64,000 nucleotides of DNA from assembly GCF_036365525.1 (NCBI RefSeq), contig NC_090374.1, positions 174,654,924-174,718,923 on the forward strand. Reading direction: 5' to 3'. A model generated the notes under the pieces. It did not search any database and was not told the DNA's origin. It saw only the letters and a list, made by a program, of their open reading frames with translations. Source of the DNA: Heterodontus francisci (Eukaryota). Both the position numbers and the translations under genes were made by a program. Of the stretch, positions 62,796 to 64,000 are shown piece by piece. How positions within the stretch are numbered: the first letter of the stretch is position 1; every line of letters begins with the position of its first letter.

Positions 62796-63313
62796 CTAAT
62801 CGGGATGCACATCATCTTGAGACTGGTTCTGATGCTCGGTCATCCCTTCACAACACAATACAAAATAATGTCACTGTGGCTAATGATTGTACATCCTTCT
62901 TTTGGCTGAAGGAAACATTTTTTTTATTAAGACATAGCCACGAATGGCACAGGGAAACAACAGGAGTTTTTTTGCAGTATCTATCAGTTATTCTGTCATA
63001 TAGCTGCAAATTTTTGTAATTACTTTGCTCTGGGTATTTGGACCTTTATTTTTAAAAATATGGTATTTCTGATACTCGTTCCATTTTGCTTTTCCCTAAT
63101 TTAATCTATTTTGTGAACAAACAGCTCCTATAAGATGGGCTGGGTACGAGAATTCTTATTTCCCAATTGCATGACTTATATATGATAGTTTCGTACTGGA
63201 ACAGAATTGACATAAACTGAACTCTGATGCGAGGATAGCAGAGTAATTGCTCCATCAAATTCCCGGCTGACAAACTGGTATGGATTTAAAGCAAAGGTGA
63301 GGAGAATTACGGA

Positions 63314-64000
63314 ATACTCACGGAATCATACCTAACAGACAATGTCCCAGACTCTGCCATCACCATCCCCGGGTATGTCCTGTCCCACCGGCAGGACAGA
63401 CCCAGCAGAGGTGGTGGCACAGTGGTATACAGTAGGGAGGGAGTTGCGCTGGGAGTCCTCAACATCGACTCTGGACCCCATGAACTCTCATGGCATCAGG
63501 TCAAACATGGACAAGGAAACCTCCTGCTGATTACCACCTACCACCCTCCCTCAGCTGATGAATCAGTACTCCTCCATGTTGAACAGCACTTGGAGGAAGC
63601 ATTGAGGGTGGCAAGGGCACAGAATGTATTTTGGGTGGGGGACTTCAATGTCCATCACCAAGAGTGGCTCGGTAGCACCACTACTGACCGAGCTGGCCGA
63701 GTCCTAAAGGACATATCTGCTAGACTGGGCATGCGGCAGGTGGTGAGGGAACCAACAAGAGGGGAAAACATACTTGACCTCGTCCTCACCAATCTGCCTG
63801 CCGCAAATGCATCTGTCCATGACAGTATTGGTAGGAGTGACCACCGCACAGTCCTTGTGGAGACCAAGTCCCGCCTTCAAATTGAGGATACCCTCCTTCG
63901 TGTTGTGTGGCACTACCACCGTGCTAAATGGGATAGATTTCAAACAGATCTAGCAATGCAAAACTGGGCATCCATGAGGCGCTGTGGGCCATCAGCAGCA
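63314..64000 (+). mobile_element. LINE ORF2 APE endonuclease region (probably the second CR1-group family); frame open to the window end
   Basis: Manual translation gives ILTESYL, RQDR..RGGG, VGDFNVHH, EPTR..NILDLVLTN, GRSDH. It is absent from the ORF track, presumably because no stop falls inside the window. Confidence 0.88.

Overview
This is eukaryotic, repeat-dominated DNA, most likely from a cartilaginous fish (shark-like). That assignment is inferred from the repeat content: Deu-domain SINEs, HER1/CR1-type LINE tails and Penelope-like elements. I found no host gene, rRNA, tRNA gene or CRISPR array that I can support, so the window looks intronic or intergenic. Every long ORF with a recognisable protein is a decayed retroelement fragment. 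The window holds three RTE LINEs, many CR1 copies, a second CR1-group LINE family, L2 3' ends and a Penelope-like GIY-YIG element with degenerate hammerhead ribozyme remnants. It also holds a Gmr1-type (SCAN-gag, PR-IN order) Gypsy element missing most of pol, two related solo LTRs, about 20 Deu-SINE copies, a Meta/MESC-type SINE and several MITEs with TIRs and TSDs. Many insertions are nested. The most unusual signal is five separate local inverted copies or rearrangements: 42 bp, ~160 bp (twice), ~240 bp and ~340 bp. They suggest frequent template switching or templated repair. I cannot demonstrate a new biological system from sequence alone. Family names come from recalled consensus motifs, not from database searches, and boundaries were read by eye.
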